From contig NC_043002.1 of NCBI RefSeq assembly GCF_006345805.1, forward strand, positions 97,402,001 through 97,466,000: DNA of 64,000 nt, written 5' to 3'. Under the pieces are notes generated by a model. That model saw only the letters and a program-made list of their open reading frames with translations, was not told the DNA's origin and made no database searches. The position numbers were made by a program, and so were the translations under genes. The DNA is from Octopus sinensis (taxonomy: Eukaryota). This document shows, piece after piece, positions 1 to 13,544 of the stretch. Numbering within the stretch: position 1 is the first letter of the stretch; each line of letters opens with the position of its first letter.

Positions 1-685
1 ATGGTATTAAACGTGTATGGGACGACCAGGTGAAGATAATAGCGACAAGTGCACCGTGCCTACCGTGAAACATGGCGGCGGAAGTGTGGAAGGACATACA
101 TTTATTGAGAGAACAATGGATTCAAGGCTTTATTGTGACATGTTGCAGAAAACAATGTTGAAAAGCATCAAGGAACTAGGAAGATATTTCATGTTCCAAC
201 ATGATAATGACCCTAAACACACTTCAAGGATGACGACTAAGTTTTTATCAAATAAAAAGGTAAAGATATTACCTTGGCCTACCATCTTACCTGATTTAAA
301 CCCAATAGAACATTTGTTGGGTGTTTTGAAAAGGGAGATTGAGGAGAAAAAACACTGCAGTGTAACACAGTTAATAGAATTCATTCAGGATGAATTGAGG
401 TCAAATATATCGGTTATATGCGGAACTTTAGCCCAGAAGACTTAATACAGTCATAGAAAGCAAGGGTGGTCACACCAAATATTGAATATAGCAAATTTCG
501 TTTAGGGTGTACATATTTTTCTATCGTTTGAAAATTAACATTTTGTTCATATCTTTGAAAATGTTTAGTGCTTTTTGATCTTTTATTCAGTATAAATTTC
601 ATTTGATTTCCTTCGATATTATCGGAGTAATGGCAATTTTACTGAGATTTTTAGGGGTGTATACAATTCTTTGAGATATTATATA
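1..685 (+). mobile_element. Tc1-like DNA transposon remnant: C-terminal DDE transposase plus right end
   Basis: ORF 17-445 has the Tc1 motifs FQHDNDPKHTS and WPxxxPDLNPIEHL. A shifted frame gives the typical ending VIESKGGHTKY* at about 448-485. Two related motifs, TTTAGGGTGTACATATT (501) and TTTTAGGGGTGTATACAATT (649), suggest an IR/DR-type terminal repeat. Confidence 0.9.
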
Positions 686-689
686 CAGC

Positions 690-732
<43 letters not shown>

Positions 733-762
733 CTCTCTCGCTCTCTCTCTCTCTCTCTGTAT

Positions 763-806
<44 letters not shown>
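690..806. repeat. (CT)n followed by (AT)n microsatellite
   Basis: Read directly from the sequence. Confidence 0.95.
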
Positions 807-808
<2 letters not shown>

Positions 809-1129
809 AATTATTAGAGAGTTAACCACTATGTGGATAACTCTAGTGCTAAAAATAGCCCCGAGAGTACAGCCACAGAAAAAGATGTTTCCAATCAGAA
901 ATAACACACATTTAACGGAGGGAAAGTGAAATATAACGAATAAATAGATTGACCCTGAACAAATTGTTTCATTACTAATGTAATATGTAATTTTACTTAC
1001 ATAAACATCTATAAATCATCAGCAGAGGTTTGTCTTAAATACAATCCATTAGACCGACACGAGCGTCAAAAACACGTGCGGTTTAACGAATTGCATTTTT
1101 AGTTATGCCTCAAATTTTTCAGCCTCATT

Positions 1130-1584
<455 letters not shown>

Positions 1585-1585
<1 letters not shown>

Positions 1586-1990
1586 CGCAGGAGTGGCTCT
1601 GTGGTAAGTAGCTTGCTTACCGACCACATGGTTCCGGGTTCAGTTCCACTGCGTGACACCTTGGGCACGAGATGGCAGAATCGTTAGCATGCCGGGCGAA
1701 ATGCTTGCCTTTCATCCTTTCGGGGTCGATTAAATAAGTAGCAGTTACGCACTGGGGTCATGTAATCGACTTAATCCGTTTGTCTGTCCTTGTTTGTCCT
1801 GTCTGTGTTTAGCCCCTTGTGGGTAGAAAAGAAATAGGTATTTTTTCTGCCGCTAAGTTCCGAGTTCAAATTCCGCCGAGGTCGACTGTGCCTTTCATAC
1901 TTTCGGAGTTGATAAATTAAGTACCAGTTAAATACTGGGATCGATGTAATCGACTTATCCCCTTCAAAAAGTGTCAGACGTTGTGCCTAC
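1585..1990 (+). mobile_element. SINE-A head fragment fused to a SINE-B dimer
   Basis: GTGGCTCTGTGGTAAGTAGCTTGC...CACCTTGGGCA is followed by TGGCAGAATCGTTAGC and two copies of the GCCTTTCATCCTTTCGGGGTCGAT body. Confidence 0.85.
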
Positions 1991-2019
1991 AGCAGAAATG
2001 ATTATTATTTTTTTTTATT

Positions 2020-2590
2020 GAGTGAAAGAGCAGTGTATGCGATCAAAGTGACACTGCGGTAAAATATACAAAGCCCAGTATATCCATCATGACTATCTGT
2101 CTAATAAGGGTACACCAGACACATGCATTACAACAATATGTGCGCGACATGGTGATCGCATATCAAGATAAACAGCACATGACATTGTAGGTGGGGCCCA
2201 GTTAAAATTTTCTCCTGGTCGAGTAACCCATCCCCTTCAAAAGGTCCCTGAATAAGGGTTGTTTAAGGATGTTGAACGAAACACCCATGTTTCCAGAGGT
2301 GAATTATTCAAAGCCCAAAGAATCCCTCTCAACACATGGCTATGATGTTCCCCCACTACTTCTGCTCGTGATCAGAGATGCACATATCGTCAACCACTAA
2401 GGGATATGCTCAACTGGTTAAGGTCAAACAATTGACAAGCAAATCTGTGGTATTGAGCAGAATATTTGCTGTAGCCCATCTTTTATAACAAGACAAAACA
2501 ATGTACATGATAACACTTCTAATCAGTTAAGATCAGAAGCCACGAGAGCCACGAGAACCACGAGAACCACTGCCTGGTACAGCTTCAGGG
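2020..2590 (+). repeat. Unclassified interspersed repeat with a partial inverted copy at about 4345-4520
   Basis: The segment ACATGCAT/CACAAC...GTAGGTGGGGC...AAAAGGTCCCTGAATAAG is present in reverse complement at 4345-4520. Confidence 0.55.
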
Positions 2591-2698
2591 TAATTTTTAT
2601 TATTTATTATTGTTGTTCTTGTTGTTGTTGTTGTGTTGTTGTTGTTGTTGTCTTTGCACAGCTTCTAGCGCTGGAGATGTTATGATGTCAACTGTTCA

Positions 2699-3127
2699 CT
2701 ACCAGCGAAATAAGGTAAAACCTCTTATTTTTCGAAGCACCATCCGGAGTATTCGAGCGGTTCCAAACAGTGCTATTTTCTGCAAGTGCTCCACCCTTAT
2801 TGCAGCTCCTATTTGTTCCATGTACTTCTCAAGATTTTTATTCACTGTTGCCAGGTCCTCGAATATTATTGGTAATACTACCACCTTTTTCAGCGACCAC
2901 AACTGCTTAACTCCCCAAGCTAACCTGTCATATCTATCAACTTTTCTTTCCTCCTTATCGCATACCTTGTTGTCAGCTGGGCATTCTATATCAATGATCC
3001 AGCATTGTTTGCTTTCTTTCTCAATTAACACTATGTCTCGTTTCCTGTTCTCTATCTCATGGTCGCACGTTTGGCTTTTGTTTTGTATTTGTACAAGTTG
3101 ACTCCAATTCTCACCCTGAGTCCTCAA
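2699..3127 (-). mobile_element. R4/Dong-like non-LTR retrotransposon, 3' restriction-like endonuclease fragment
   Basis: Translation NRKRDIVLIEK...CWIIDIECPAD...K..RY..L...LW...VLPII...LQK.AL.GTARILR.VL is the typical RLE C-terminus. It ends next to a (CAA)n/(TAA)n tract. Confidence 0.85.
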
Positions 3128-3339
3128 GAGACAACAAGTTAGAAATTCAAGTTGGCGTTATGACTAGGGTGCATTAATTTTGGTTTTGCACAGAGTATAG
3201 TTCTAGAGAATGTCTGTCGAAACAAGTGAATAAGAAGTTTGTTTTAAAAGTAATTTGATTATAAGATAATAGGCTGTTGTTAAGATGAGAGTAAAAGGTG
3301 TCTGTTACTATGTACATTTAAAAATATTTTCACACTGTT

Positions 3340-4130
3340 TACGGATTAAAATATTTTTAGAATTACATAGATAATAGTTTGCATAGGATATGGGCAGTTC
3401 TCAAGAGCACTATTTTTTTAATTTTTCCATTTTTGGACTTCCTAATATCTGAGATAGGTAGAAATCATCTCCTTTTGCTATCATTCCTAGGGTACCTATG
3501 GCAATTGATGTTGTTATAGTCTTCAGGTTCCACATTTTGCTAATTTTTATTTCAAGATCTTTAGATTTGCTCAGATTCTGGTAGGTCTTGATAGATACTT
3601 TTATATCGATTGGGACAGTCATATCAATGAGGAGGTATGTCTTTTGTCTGAAGTCTTTCAATATGATGTCTGGCCTATTTGCATCTATCTTTCTGTCAGT
3701 TTGAAAGGTGAAGTTTCAAAGGAGTGAGATGTAATCATTTTCAAGCACTGGAGGTGGTTTTTGCTCCCACCAGTTTTCATCACGGGCCAGGCCCAATTCT
3801 TTACAAATTACCAAGTGAATATACTGTGCTGATCTATGATACCCGTTGAGATACTCTGTAGACGCAAGAAGACTGCACATAGATACACGCTCAATGGTTT
3901 CATTTTGCTATTTACTTACACGATATGTTGGGTCACTGCTGATCTTTAAGATATTGGCCTGGTGGTCCCTTGTAGGTAGGTATTGATCTTGGGCTGCTAT
4001 GATAAACTATTCTCTCTCTCTGTCTTTAAACCAGAAGAGACTATCCATTGAATGGTAAGGGCTTTGTCAACATCGACATTATTAGCTCTCTGAGTATTGA
4101 GATATTTTTCTGTGCTTGTTTCCAGCACGT
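3340..4130 (-). mobile_element. R4/Dong-like LINE fragment (CCHC region to RLE), decayed
   Basis: The decayed frame has AAQDQYLPT and AQYIHL, followed by ORF 3410-3661 (LLIDMTVP.D...K.SK.KDLEI.ISKMWNLKT...IGTLGMI). Confidence 0.85.
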
Positions 4131-4139
4131 CTAATTCTG

Positions 4140-4158
4140 GGATTTTATTATCATTATT

Positions 4159-4226
<68 letters not shown>

Positions 4227-4228
4227 CA

Positions 4229-4259
<31 letters not shown>

Positions 4260-4330
4260 TATTATATTATTATATTATTATTATATTATTATTATTATTT
4301 ATTATTATTACTATTATTATTATTATCATT
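4140..4330. repeat. (TAA)n/(TAT)n microsatellite
   Basis: Read directly from the sequence. Confidence 0.95.
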
Positions 4331-4613
4331 CAGTAATATATTTTTTATATCGTACTTTCACTTATTCAGGGACCTTTTGAGCGGGAAGGTCTACTTGACA
4401 TGAAGAAAATTCTAATTAGCCCCACCTACAAGGTCATGTACAGTTAATCTTGATATAAGATCACTATGTCACGCACATGTGGTTGTGACGCACGTGCCTG
4501 GTCTGTGTGCCTTGGGTATGTGCTGTGATTTGTTGTGATGCTCTGATGGTTACTGTATTGAAAGTGTTCTGCGTAGGGTGTGTGCAGTGCCTAGTAGTGC
4601 AATTTTCTGTATG

Positions 4614-6277
4614 TTATATGTGTTTGTAAATCCTGGCGTTTTTGTTATGTATTTGTCTGAATATTTTTTTATCATCCGCTGGTATTGATACATCAATTAG
4701 AAAACATTTTTTTCCTTCATGATCTCTGACAACTATATCTGGTCTGTTGACCTTAATTTCTCTATCTGTGTGTATTGGCATATCCCAGAGTATGGTTCCT
4801 TTCTCGTTTTCTGTGACCATTTCTGGTGTGTGCCTATACCATCTTTTTTCTGTTGTTATTCCATAATGTTGGCATAGTTTCCAGTGTATATAGGTCCCAA
4901 CTCTGTCGTGTCTGTGAATATATTCCTTCTTAGCCAGGACTGGGCAGCCAGAGATAATATGATTTATTGTTTCTTGTTCATCTCCACATATTCTGCAGTT
5001 ACTTGTTATATTTCTTTTCATTACATGTTTTTGGTAATTTCTGGTGGGGAGGCTTTGGTCCTGTGCTGCAATTAAAAATCCTTCTGTCTCTGCGTTGAGT
5101 CCTGAGCTTCTCAACCATTGTTGGGATTTTTCTTTGTCTATTTCTTTGCATTTAGTTTAGTCCAGTATTTGCCATGAAGGGGCTTTTCTTGCCATCGTTT
5201 TATCATGGTTCGTTGCTGTTCTATTTTTAGCTTGGATTTCATTTGTTTTATAGATTTTGTTGTTTCTTCATCTTCTTCTTCATATTTGTTAGGTGGTATG
5301 ATTTCTTGTTTGTATTTGTCAGCTTCCTTAAATACTGAGAACAGTTTTTTGTTTTGCTCGTGTTTTGCCGCTATTTGTATCAGTTTTCCTTCCTTCTGAA
5401 GTAGATATTTTTGCAGTCCTATGGTGGTTATTTTATAGTAGTTTTCCAGCTGTATAAGGCCTCTACCACCATCTATACGTTGTATATATAGCCTTTCTAT
5501 GTCAGATTTTGGGTGATGCATCCTAGATCCTGTCATTATTTTTCTTGTTTTCCTATCTATTTTGGTCAGTTCATTTAGTATCCAGTTAAGGATATTGTAG
5601 CTGTAACTTATAACTGGGACGGCTAAAGTGTTGATACCTATTATCTTGTTTTTAGCATTGAGCTCTGTTTTCAGTATTGATCTAACTCGTCTATAATATT
5701 CTTTTTTAATTTTCTCTTTCATTTCTTATCTAGTTCATTGATTCTTAAGTATTTGTAAGTTTGGCTTTGGTCTAATTCTTTTATTTCATTGGTTTTATCT
5801 AGTGTGCTGTTTCTACTCTTGACTAGTTTTCCTCTTATCAGGGTTACTTTGGCGCATTTCTCTAATCCAAATTTCATATCTATTTCTTTGGTAAATCCAT
5901 GAACTGTCTTTTGTAGTGTTTCCAGCTGTTTGTCATTTGTAGCGTATAGTTTTAGGTCATCCATATATAAAAGGTGGCTGATCGTTTTGCCGTAACATTT
6001 ATATCCGCATCCAGTTCTGTTTAGCATATCCGATAGAGGTGACAGTGCCAAGCAGAAAAGGAGTGGAGAGAGCGTAACTCCCTGGAATATTCCTCTTCTA
6101 ATGGGGATGGCTTTGGTTTTCACAAGTCCCTCTTTTGTTTGGAGCTGTAGCACTGTTTGCCATTTATTCATAGTGTCCTATGTACTATATAATTGTTGGT
6201 GCAACTTTGTTAATGGCTAGTGTTTCGAGAATCCATTTGTGGGGGATGCTATCAAACGCCTTTTTGTGGTCGATCCA

Positions 6278-6278
<1 letters not shown>
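4614..6278 (-). mobile_element. R4/Dong-like LINE: RT core, CCHC finger and start of RLE, frameshifted
   Basis: WIDHKKAFDSIPH, RGIFQGVTLSPLLF, HLLYMDDLKLY, FGLEKCAK, CRICGDEQETINHIISGC and RPDIVV...IDVSIP occur across ORFs 5719-6171, 5138-5722 and 4614-5114. Confidence 0.92.
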
Positions 6279-6330
<52 letters not shown>

Positions 6331-6340
6331 TATTACATAA

Positions 6341-6419
<79 letters not shown>

Positions 6420-7238
6420 ATATATATATGCGTGTCTTTGTGTTTGTGTCTCTTCCCTGCCACCGCTTGATAACTGGTGCTGTTTCTTTACATCTCCGTA
6501 ACTTCGATGCTAATTCTAAAAGACCAACAGAATAAGTACAAGTCTAAAAAATAAGAGCTGGGGTCTATCATTTGTTCGAATAACACCGTTTTATCTTTTA
6601 CTGAAGAGAGTAAAAGATAAAAGATGAAGAAAGATACCAAAATGCTGCAGGATATATTATTAATTAACTGCCGGATTCATTAATACTTTAAATAAATAAA
6701 TTCACTCGAGTTTGGATTAATTGCATTAAAAATACGCTGAAGAGTTTTCAATTGGTTCAGAAATATTGATTTACTCGGAGTTGTTGAATCCAAGCAGTTC
6801 AGAATTAGTTCAATTTGAACTTTATGAAAATAAACTAAAGAAATACAGAATCGAAAACTAAAATTTATTCTTTGAATTTTTCCTAATTGGAAAACATGGT
6901 TTGTTTGTTTTAATTTTTTAATCAAAATACAGTAGGAATTTATATAACCACTCTAAATGAATTATTTTTCCAATCAAAAATTTTCTTCGGTGCTTATTGC
7001 TATGCTTGCAGTATCTAACATTTTTAGTTCCTCTGTCAGAAGTTAAATGGAAAGAACAAATTTTTGTAGTTTCCGCATTGGGAAAAAATGTACGATTGAC
7101 TATGGGGAAAATACTCTATTAGAAATTATTAGAAAAACGATATGGCTTGCGACATATGTACTAAATACATATGCCTTATCCAAAATTGAACAAAAACCTA
7201 CCGAATAATTTGAATCATACACGCTTGTTTACAGTTAA

Positions 7239-7307
<69 letters not shown>

Positions 7308-7308
7308 C

Positions 7309-7341
<33 letters not shown>

Positions 7342-7824
7342 CAGACAGACAAAATTTGTGTCGGCCTCTGAGCAGGTATCGCCATGACAACTTTCTCTGT
7401 CATGGTCAATGTGACGATCACACGCTACACACGTTCCTTCCATGCATTGCTGTAAACAGCGGATGTGAGCCAGAAAATTCAAACTTAGTGCGCATGCACA
7501 GCAAAGTTTGCGGAGCGGCTTCACTCTGCGTGTTTTAGATTCGTTACTATGGCAATTGTACTGACAGACCTCGTACGTATTTTTGTGTGTCAAGCTGGGA
7601 ATGGTCGAAACCGAATGTCCAGGAGTGTCATAGATGGAATTATGTGTATTACACACAGGAACAACTGCTGAAGGAATTGTATGTAAATTCTAAATATACG
7701 GTTTTGTGCCTGTATCTGCATATGTATGCGTTCGCATAACAAACGCATTAGTTATTATTTATAGTTTTTTACAGCGTTAGTTATTATTAATATGGGTGTG
7801 TATGCATGTGTATGTGTATTTATG

Positions 7825-7874
<50 letters not shown>

Positions 7875-8640
7875 GTGTGTGTGTGCGTGTGTGTATTTGA
7901 TATTGATAATATGTAAGTCTCACTATGTACGTGTTTAAACCGCGAGTATACGTGTGCAAAATAAGTGATCAAGTTGCATAAGTGTCTTTTTGGTTGCATG
8001 TGTATAGGGATGTGTATGTCAATGTATAGATCATGTGTATGTCAGATGATGATGTGCCGGATAATGAAAAGAATGAATCATGAAGTGAAATGTTGAAGAG
8101 TGAAAGTAAGTTTCTATTCGCATTGGAGCTGTGAAACTGAGAAGCGCTGCGTAGGTGTATACCAAATATAAATATACGTCATATAAAATAATTCAAAGTG
8201 TAGAGATGACGTGCAACAGACATTTCATTACGAAGATAGTCGTGAAGAGGGTGATAAGGGGTGTCCAGTTGGATATGGACTGTAGGGAAGGACTGTTGAT
8301 AAGTACGGTACATAGATTGTAGGTGAGTTTAGGTAATAGAAAGATTGGTTCGGAAACATGTCAGAAGTTGTGTGGATGATTTGGAGAATTGAGTATGTGT
8401 GCATAGTATAGTGTAATAGTGAGGTAGTAAAGACTGATGATATATAATATAAATAAAAGGTTGTCGTGGTGTGGGCTGATGTTGTGCGAGAGGGTAGACG
8501 TGTGATCACAGATGCTGGTTATGGCAGTGCTGTAAAAGGTGGGAAAATGTGTTGAGTGAAGTGCAATTGTATCGCAAAATTATGTTCAATGCTACAGAAT
8601 TGAGAACTGGAGAAGTGTTTAGTATGGAGGAGATGGGATA

Positions 8641-8689
<49 letters not shown>

Positions 8690-10796
8690 GCATGCATGGA
8701 TGCATGCATACATACATATATACATACATAACTACATACATACATACATACATACATACATACATGCATACATACATACATACATACATCGAGTTTCTGC
8801 ATATTCCCGTCTAGTAAATTCCACGCAAATTTTATTGGTCAACTCGAGGCCAGAAGAGTGGACACCTGCCAAACGTTCCATGCTGTGTAATCGAACAGGG
8901 AACCACATGCATGGGAAAAGAAATTGCAAACCACATAGCCATGCCGCCCTCCATTCCATACCTACATATGAAGTCCGTATACAAATGGAGAGGAAGTAAT
9001 ATAGTTCAAATAAGACATAACTATTGAGACAATTTAAACAGTAGTTAAAACCATGCTGTCTGCTAAGCTACCAGGTAGATTGCATCTAGTTACAAGTGAA
9101 GAACCTTGTCATTATGTTTCCGGCAAATGCAGAAGTTCTTGTGAGTACAATTAGTTAGACGATATTTCATTTTGACCGAACAAAACATGACGGCATTAAT
9201 TGTTATCTAAATACCATGGTTTTATATTTGTTTTCCATACAACTACTTCAGCGCAGATACCTCTAGTCTGTCAATTCACTTCAATGAGTATTCTAATTAG
9301 AAGCAATAAATATTCCAATTAGAGCAATAAATATTACATTTATTAATTACTGAAGAGAATATATTAAATATAAATGACATTATTGTTTCCCTCTTTCTTC
9401 TTGAGAAATAAACAAAATAATGGAAGATGCATGCGTGTGTGATTAGTAAAATGTGAGTATATGTGCATGTTTGCCTGTGATGGGAATTTTGTTTAAAACA
9501 ATTAAAAATAATGAGGTAGAAGTGTTTGTGTGCGTCTTCCTGGTTAGTTTCATAGAATCTTGTACAGTTCCACTCAGTCTGTCTCATAACGATTTACAAT
9601 GAGAAACTGCTGAAAGCTCTTCTAACATTCCATATCTTGAATTTTACTGGTCAATGTATATCTGTGTATAACCATACAATGCGTGCTCGAAAGTAGTCGA
9701 CAAAATAGAGACATGCTTTTGCAAGTTTAGATGATTTTACAATGCAGTTATTAATCAAACTTCTAAGGCGACATTGATTTCAAACTGTGGCACAAAACCA
9801 GGAATTTCGAGGAATGGAGTAAGTCGATTATATTGGCCCCAGTGCTCAACTCATGCTTATTTTATTGACCCCAAAAGGATAAAAAGCAGAATCAACTTTG
9901 GATGAATTTGAACTCAGAATTTAAAGACAGACGAAATGCTGCTAAATATTTTACCCGAAGACTAAAGATTCTGCCCGCTCACCGCCTTACCATTAAGGCG
10001 ATATTAATGCCGATATGTTGGCGCTTTTGACTAACTTCCTGTCTGCCTTTGGATATCATACAGCAACATGTTTTCAATTCTTAAATCACTGTCATTAAAG
10101 ATCACAAGTTTCATTAATAAAGCTGTTTAAGTAAATTTAAGAAAAACACGTCCTAAAATTTGACGATCGTCCTGCATCCATCGATGTGACTTGAATATTT
10201 CTTTGGTGAAATTCCATCTCTGCTTCCGACATTTTGTGATGACAAAGAAATAATATTTCTCACATCTACAGAAATACTATTAATTGTCATATATCTTTAT
10301 CAGAGTATATAAATTTATATGAATAAGGATAAAATCGATAGTTAAATACCAGCATGGGAATAAAAACCTTCAAAGGTAATAATTATTTAAAATTATAATT
10401 TAGGGCATCTAATAGATACCGCCACGCTGGAAATAGTAGTCAAAACTTCACCTTAAAACTACATTAAATGTTCATACATGAAATGTTCTCTATCAGAGTA
10501 TTTAGGCTCACATCAAAAGAACAAGTGCCAATGAGGAAGAAGCATACTCTGTTCGTACCCATCTTCACGAATGAGGCTTCCTCGAAATGCAAACCACTAC
10601 AGATGAAATAGAAGCAAAGTACTAGATAAAACTGAACACACGAAATGATGACAACGTGCTAAATGAGGGAAACATCAATTGTCAGACTGCAATGTCTTTA
10701 AAAGTTGCGATTTTAATAATTCACACACATGCAAATACATGTGTACATATGTACACAATTACACACATATGCATACGTGTATATATATATATATAT

Positions 10797-12261
10797 ACTA
10801 GCATTAAAGACCCGTCGTTGCCGGGTCATAGTGCTAGTGCATGTATATATGTGTATATATTACATGTACATCTATATATATACATCTACACATAAAATAC
10901 AAAATACAAAGTTATATCTTGATATCGCTAGTGATAACAATACTCAAAATATATAACAGAATGGAATTGTTAGCTTGTCTCTTGTAATTTCGATCAATTG
11001 TATCTTGTCCTCCCTCTTGTATAGAAGTGTGGCTACAATCCAGCCTACCTCTACTTCTGGGGGAGGATGGCATTTAAAAATTTTTCCGGGACGTCCCACG
11101 TCCCAGATATAAAGGTAAAAATAAAATATTTCCACTTTGCAAGTTCGAGTCGAGTACTCCCTTGCACGCTCCGTTGACTCGAACCTTGCTTCTATTGTGG
11201 AGAATTTACCGCCTATGATTAGATACCTTTCATAGTCGCACCAAGACACTTTTCGAAGGTGCTTTCCTCCATGTGTTCAAATCTTCTTTTTTCTCTATAT
11301 TGTATACTTTATAGACAATAGTCTTTTCTTTAATTTAATTTTTTATTATCCATCTGGACTATTCCATTTCTGCACGCTAATTTTATTTTTAATTTATTCC
11401 CATTCATGTGAAACCACTTATTCAAGTTCAAGTCATTGATGCAATTTTATACCAATTGCTATTTTTACTTTTGTTATGTTACGATTATATTATACTTTAG
11501 TTGATTTTAATTATTACTTACTACATATAATTCAATTGTTATATTATTTTTATTGTTAAAGTGAAAGTATCTGACATAAAATAGAGAAATGTTTTTGTTT
11601 CACTTTTAACACGTAATACTGAAATAGTGGAGAAGATAGATATTGCTATGGGCTCGCTCTAGGCAAGAAGTTGAACATTTTTTTTGCCCATGAAACTACA
11701 TGGACCCTAAGTAAGGCATGTGTAAAATTGAATGGAATTGGTTGTGTAGTTCTCAAGTTTTAGGAATCGTAGTGGAGAAGATATGATATTGCTGTGGGCT
11801 CGCCCTAGGCAAAAAGTTAAAGATTATTTTTGCCGATGACACTCCCCGGACCCTAAGTAAGGCATGTGTAAAATTTAAATGAAATTGGTTGTGTAGTTCT
11901 CAAGTTTTAGGGAATCGTAGTGGAGAAGATATGATATTGCTGTGGGCTCGCCTAGGCAAAAAGTTAAAGATTATTTTTGCCGATGACACTCCCCGGACCC
12001 TAAGTAAGGCATGTGTAAAATTTAAATGAAATTGGTTGTGTAGTTCTCAAGTTTTAGGGAATCGTAGTGGAGAAGATATGATATTGCTGTGGGCTCGCCC
12101 TAGGCAAAAAGTTAAAGATTATTTTTGCCGATGACACTCCCCGGACCCTAAGTAAGGCATGTGTAAAATTTAAATGAAATTGGTTGTGTAGTTCTCAAGT
12201 TTTAGGGAAACAGGCAGACAGACAGACAGACACACATCCTCCGTTTTATATATATAAAGAT
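10797..12261 (+). mobile_element. Non-autonomous Helentron/HINE-like rolling-circle element
   Basis: 5' ACTAGCA end with a GACCCG/CGGGTC hairpin, an internal tandem array, and a 3' (ACAG)n...TTTTATATATATAAAGAT end. The same termini occur at 43955-44330 and 53666-54059. Confidence 0.7.
11625..12209 (+). repeat. Tandem array of 4 x about 148 bp inside the HINE-like element
   Basis: Units start with TAGTGGAGAAGAT at 11625, 11770, 11918 and 12065. Copy 1 is diverged and copies 2-4 are nearly identical. Confidence 0.95.
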
Positions 12262-12368
12262 ATATATATAGTTAATCCAAACAAGAAAGCACAAAAAAAC
12301 ACAACAACGCGAGGACGTGGAACAAATATAGTATTATTGGACGCTCAGGAAAGAAGGAAAGAAGGAGG

Positions 12369-12403
12369 ATTTAACGTTTCGAGCGGAGCTCTTCGTCGGA
12401 AAC
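12369..12403 (-). ncRNA. Minimal type-I hammerhead-like motif (U4C variant) in a PLE-type remnant
   Basis: Minus strand reads TTT-CCGACGA-A-GAGC-TCC-GCTC-GAAACGTTA-AA. Stem II is GAGC/GCTC and stem III is the palindrome AACGTT. Stem I is weak. Confidence 0.55.
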
Positions 12404-12480
12404 ATAGCAGAAGGAAAGATCCAGAGTAGGGAAGACAGAGGAAAAAAATCGCCAACGGTACTCACGCGGTCACATTTTGA

Positions 12481-12514
<34 letters not shown>

Positions 12515-12555
12515 AAATATAAATATATGTACATATATATATATATGTGTGTGTG

Positions 12556-12594
<39 letters not shown>

Positions 12595-13467
12595 GCACAC
12601 ACACTCACACTCATATTTTGCGTCTTGTTTATTTTGTTTGTACAATTAAACTTTCTCTCTCTCTCTCTCTCTCTCTTCATTATATATATATGCACGCACA
12701 TACATACACAGACGAAGATATGTGGATGTGGCTTTGTAAACAAATGTGTGTGAAATGTGTGCACTTGTATATGAAGAGAAACCGGAAGACTAGGCGGTGA
12801 TTGGTTAATCCTTTTCGAAAACTGGATTGTTCAAGCTTGTTGCCCATCACTACATCCCTCCAGATCTCACCTACTTACAATCTATCGTTTGTTGGATAAA
12901 ACAACAGCACAGCACTACCGCCTCTAAGAAATCATCATGCACAACAGTTAATCTCTCGCTGAAACAGAGTTGCCTTGGTCAGCATCAGTGCATCAGTAAC
13001 CTAATCGCGTTCTTCTAAAACCACACCACACATAATCATACACCCATACATAAAGATAGATGCATTCTACTCCTGCTCATGCTCAATACATCCACGAAAC
13101 CGCTAGGTATACGCTATTATGCTTTGTTCATACCACCAACACGTTTATTCGCTGTTATATTCTCACACATACACATTCACACATTAACACAATTTTCTCC
13201 ATACGCTTGATTTGTTACTGAATCTTTTACACATACACAACATAGTTCACTACACTTTGCTTATGTTTAAGTTTCTCAGCACACGCGTCCACTCTCCCTT
13301 CCTCCTTCTATCTCTCTTGACAACGGACAGCTGTGCAAAACGTTGATTTCAATTTCTTACCTTTCAACCTCATCGTAAACACATTGACTTTGTAGTACTT
13401 TTTTAATGTAATATACATTAACAGAGCTAGAATTGTCTAGGTTACTAGCGTTGGATTTAGCTAATCA

Positions 13468-13544
<77 letters not shown>

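Noticed and set aside
6590-6630. CTGAAGAG inside a hairpin as a hammerhead
   Set aside because: There is no GAAA/stem III/NUH. The hairpin comes from SINE-tail TTTTATCTTTTACT inversions.
13317-13345. TTGACAA-CGGACAGCTGTGC-AAAACGTTG as a hammerhead
   Set aside because: Probably a fossil of one, but several core positions are lost, so it is not counted.
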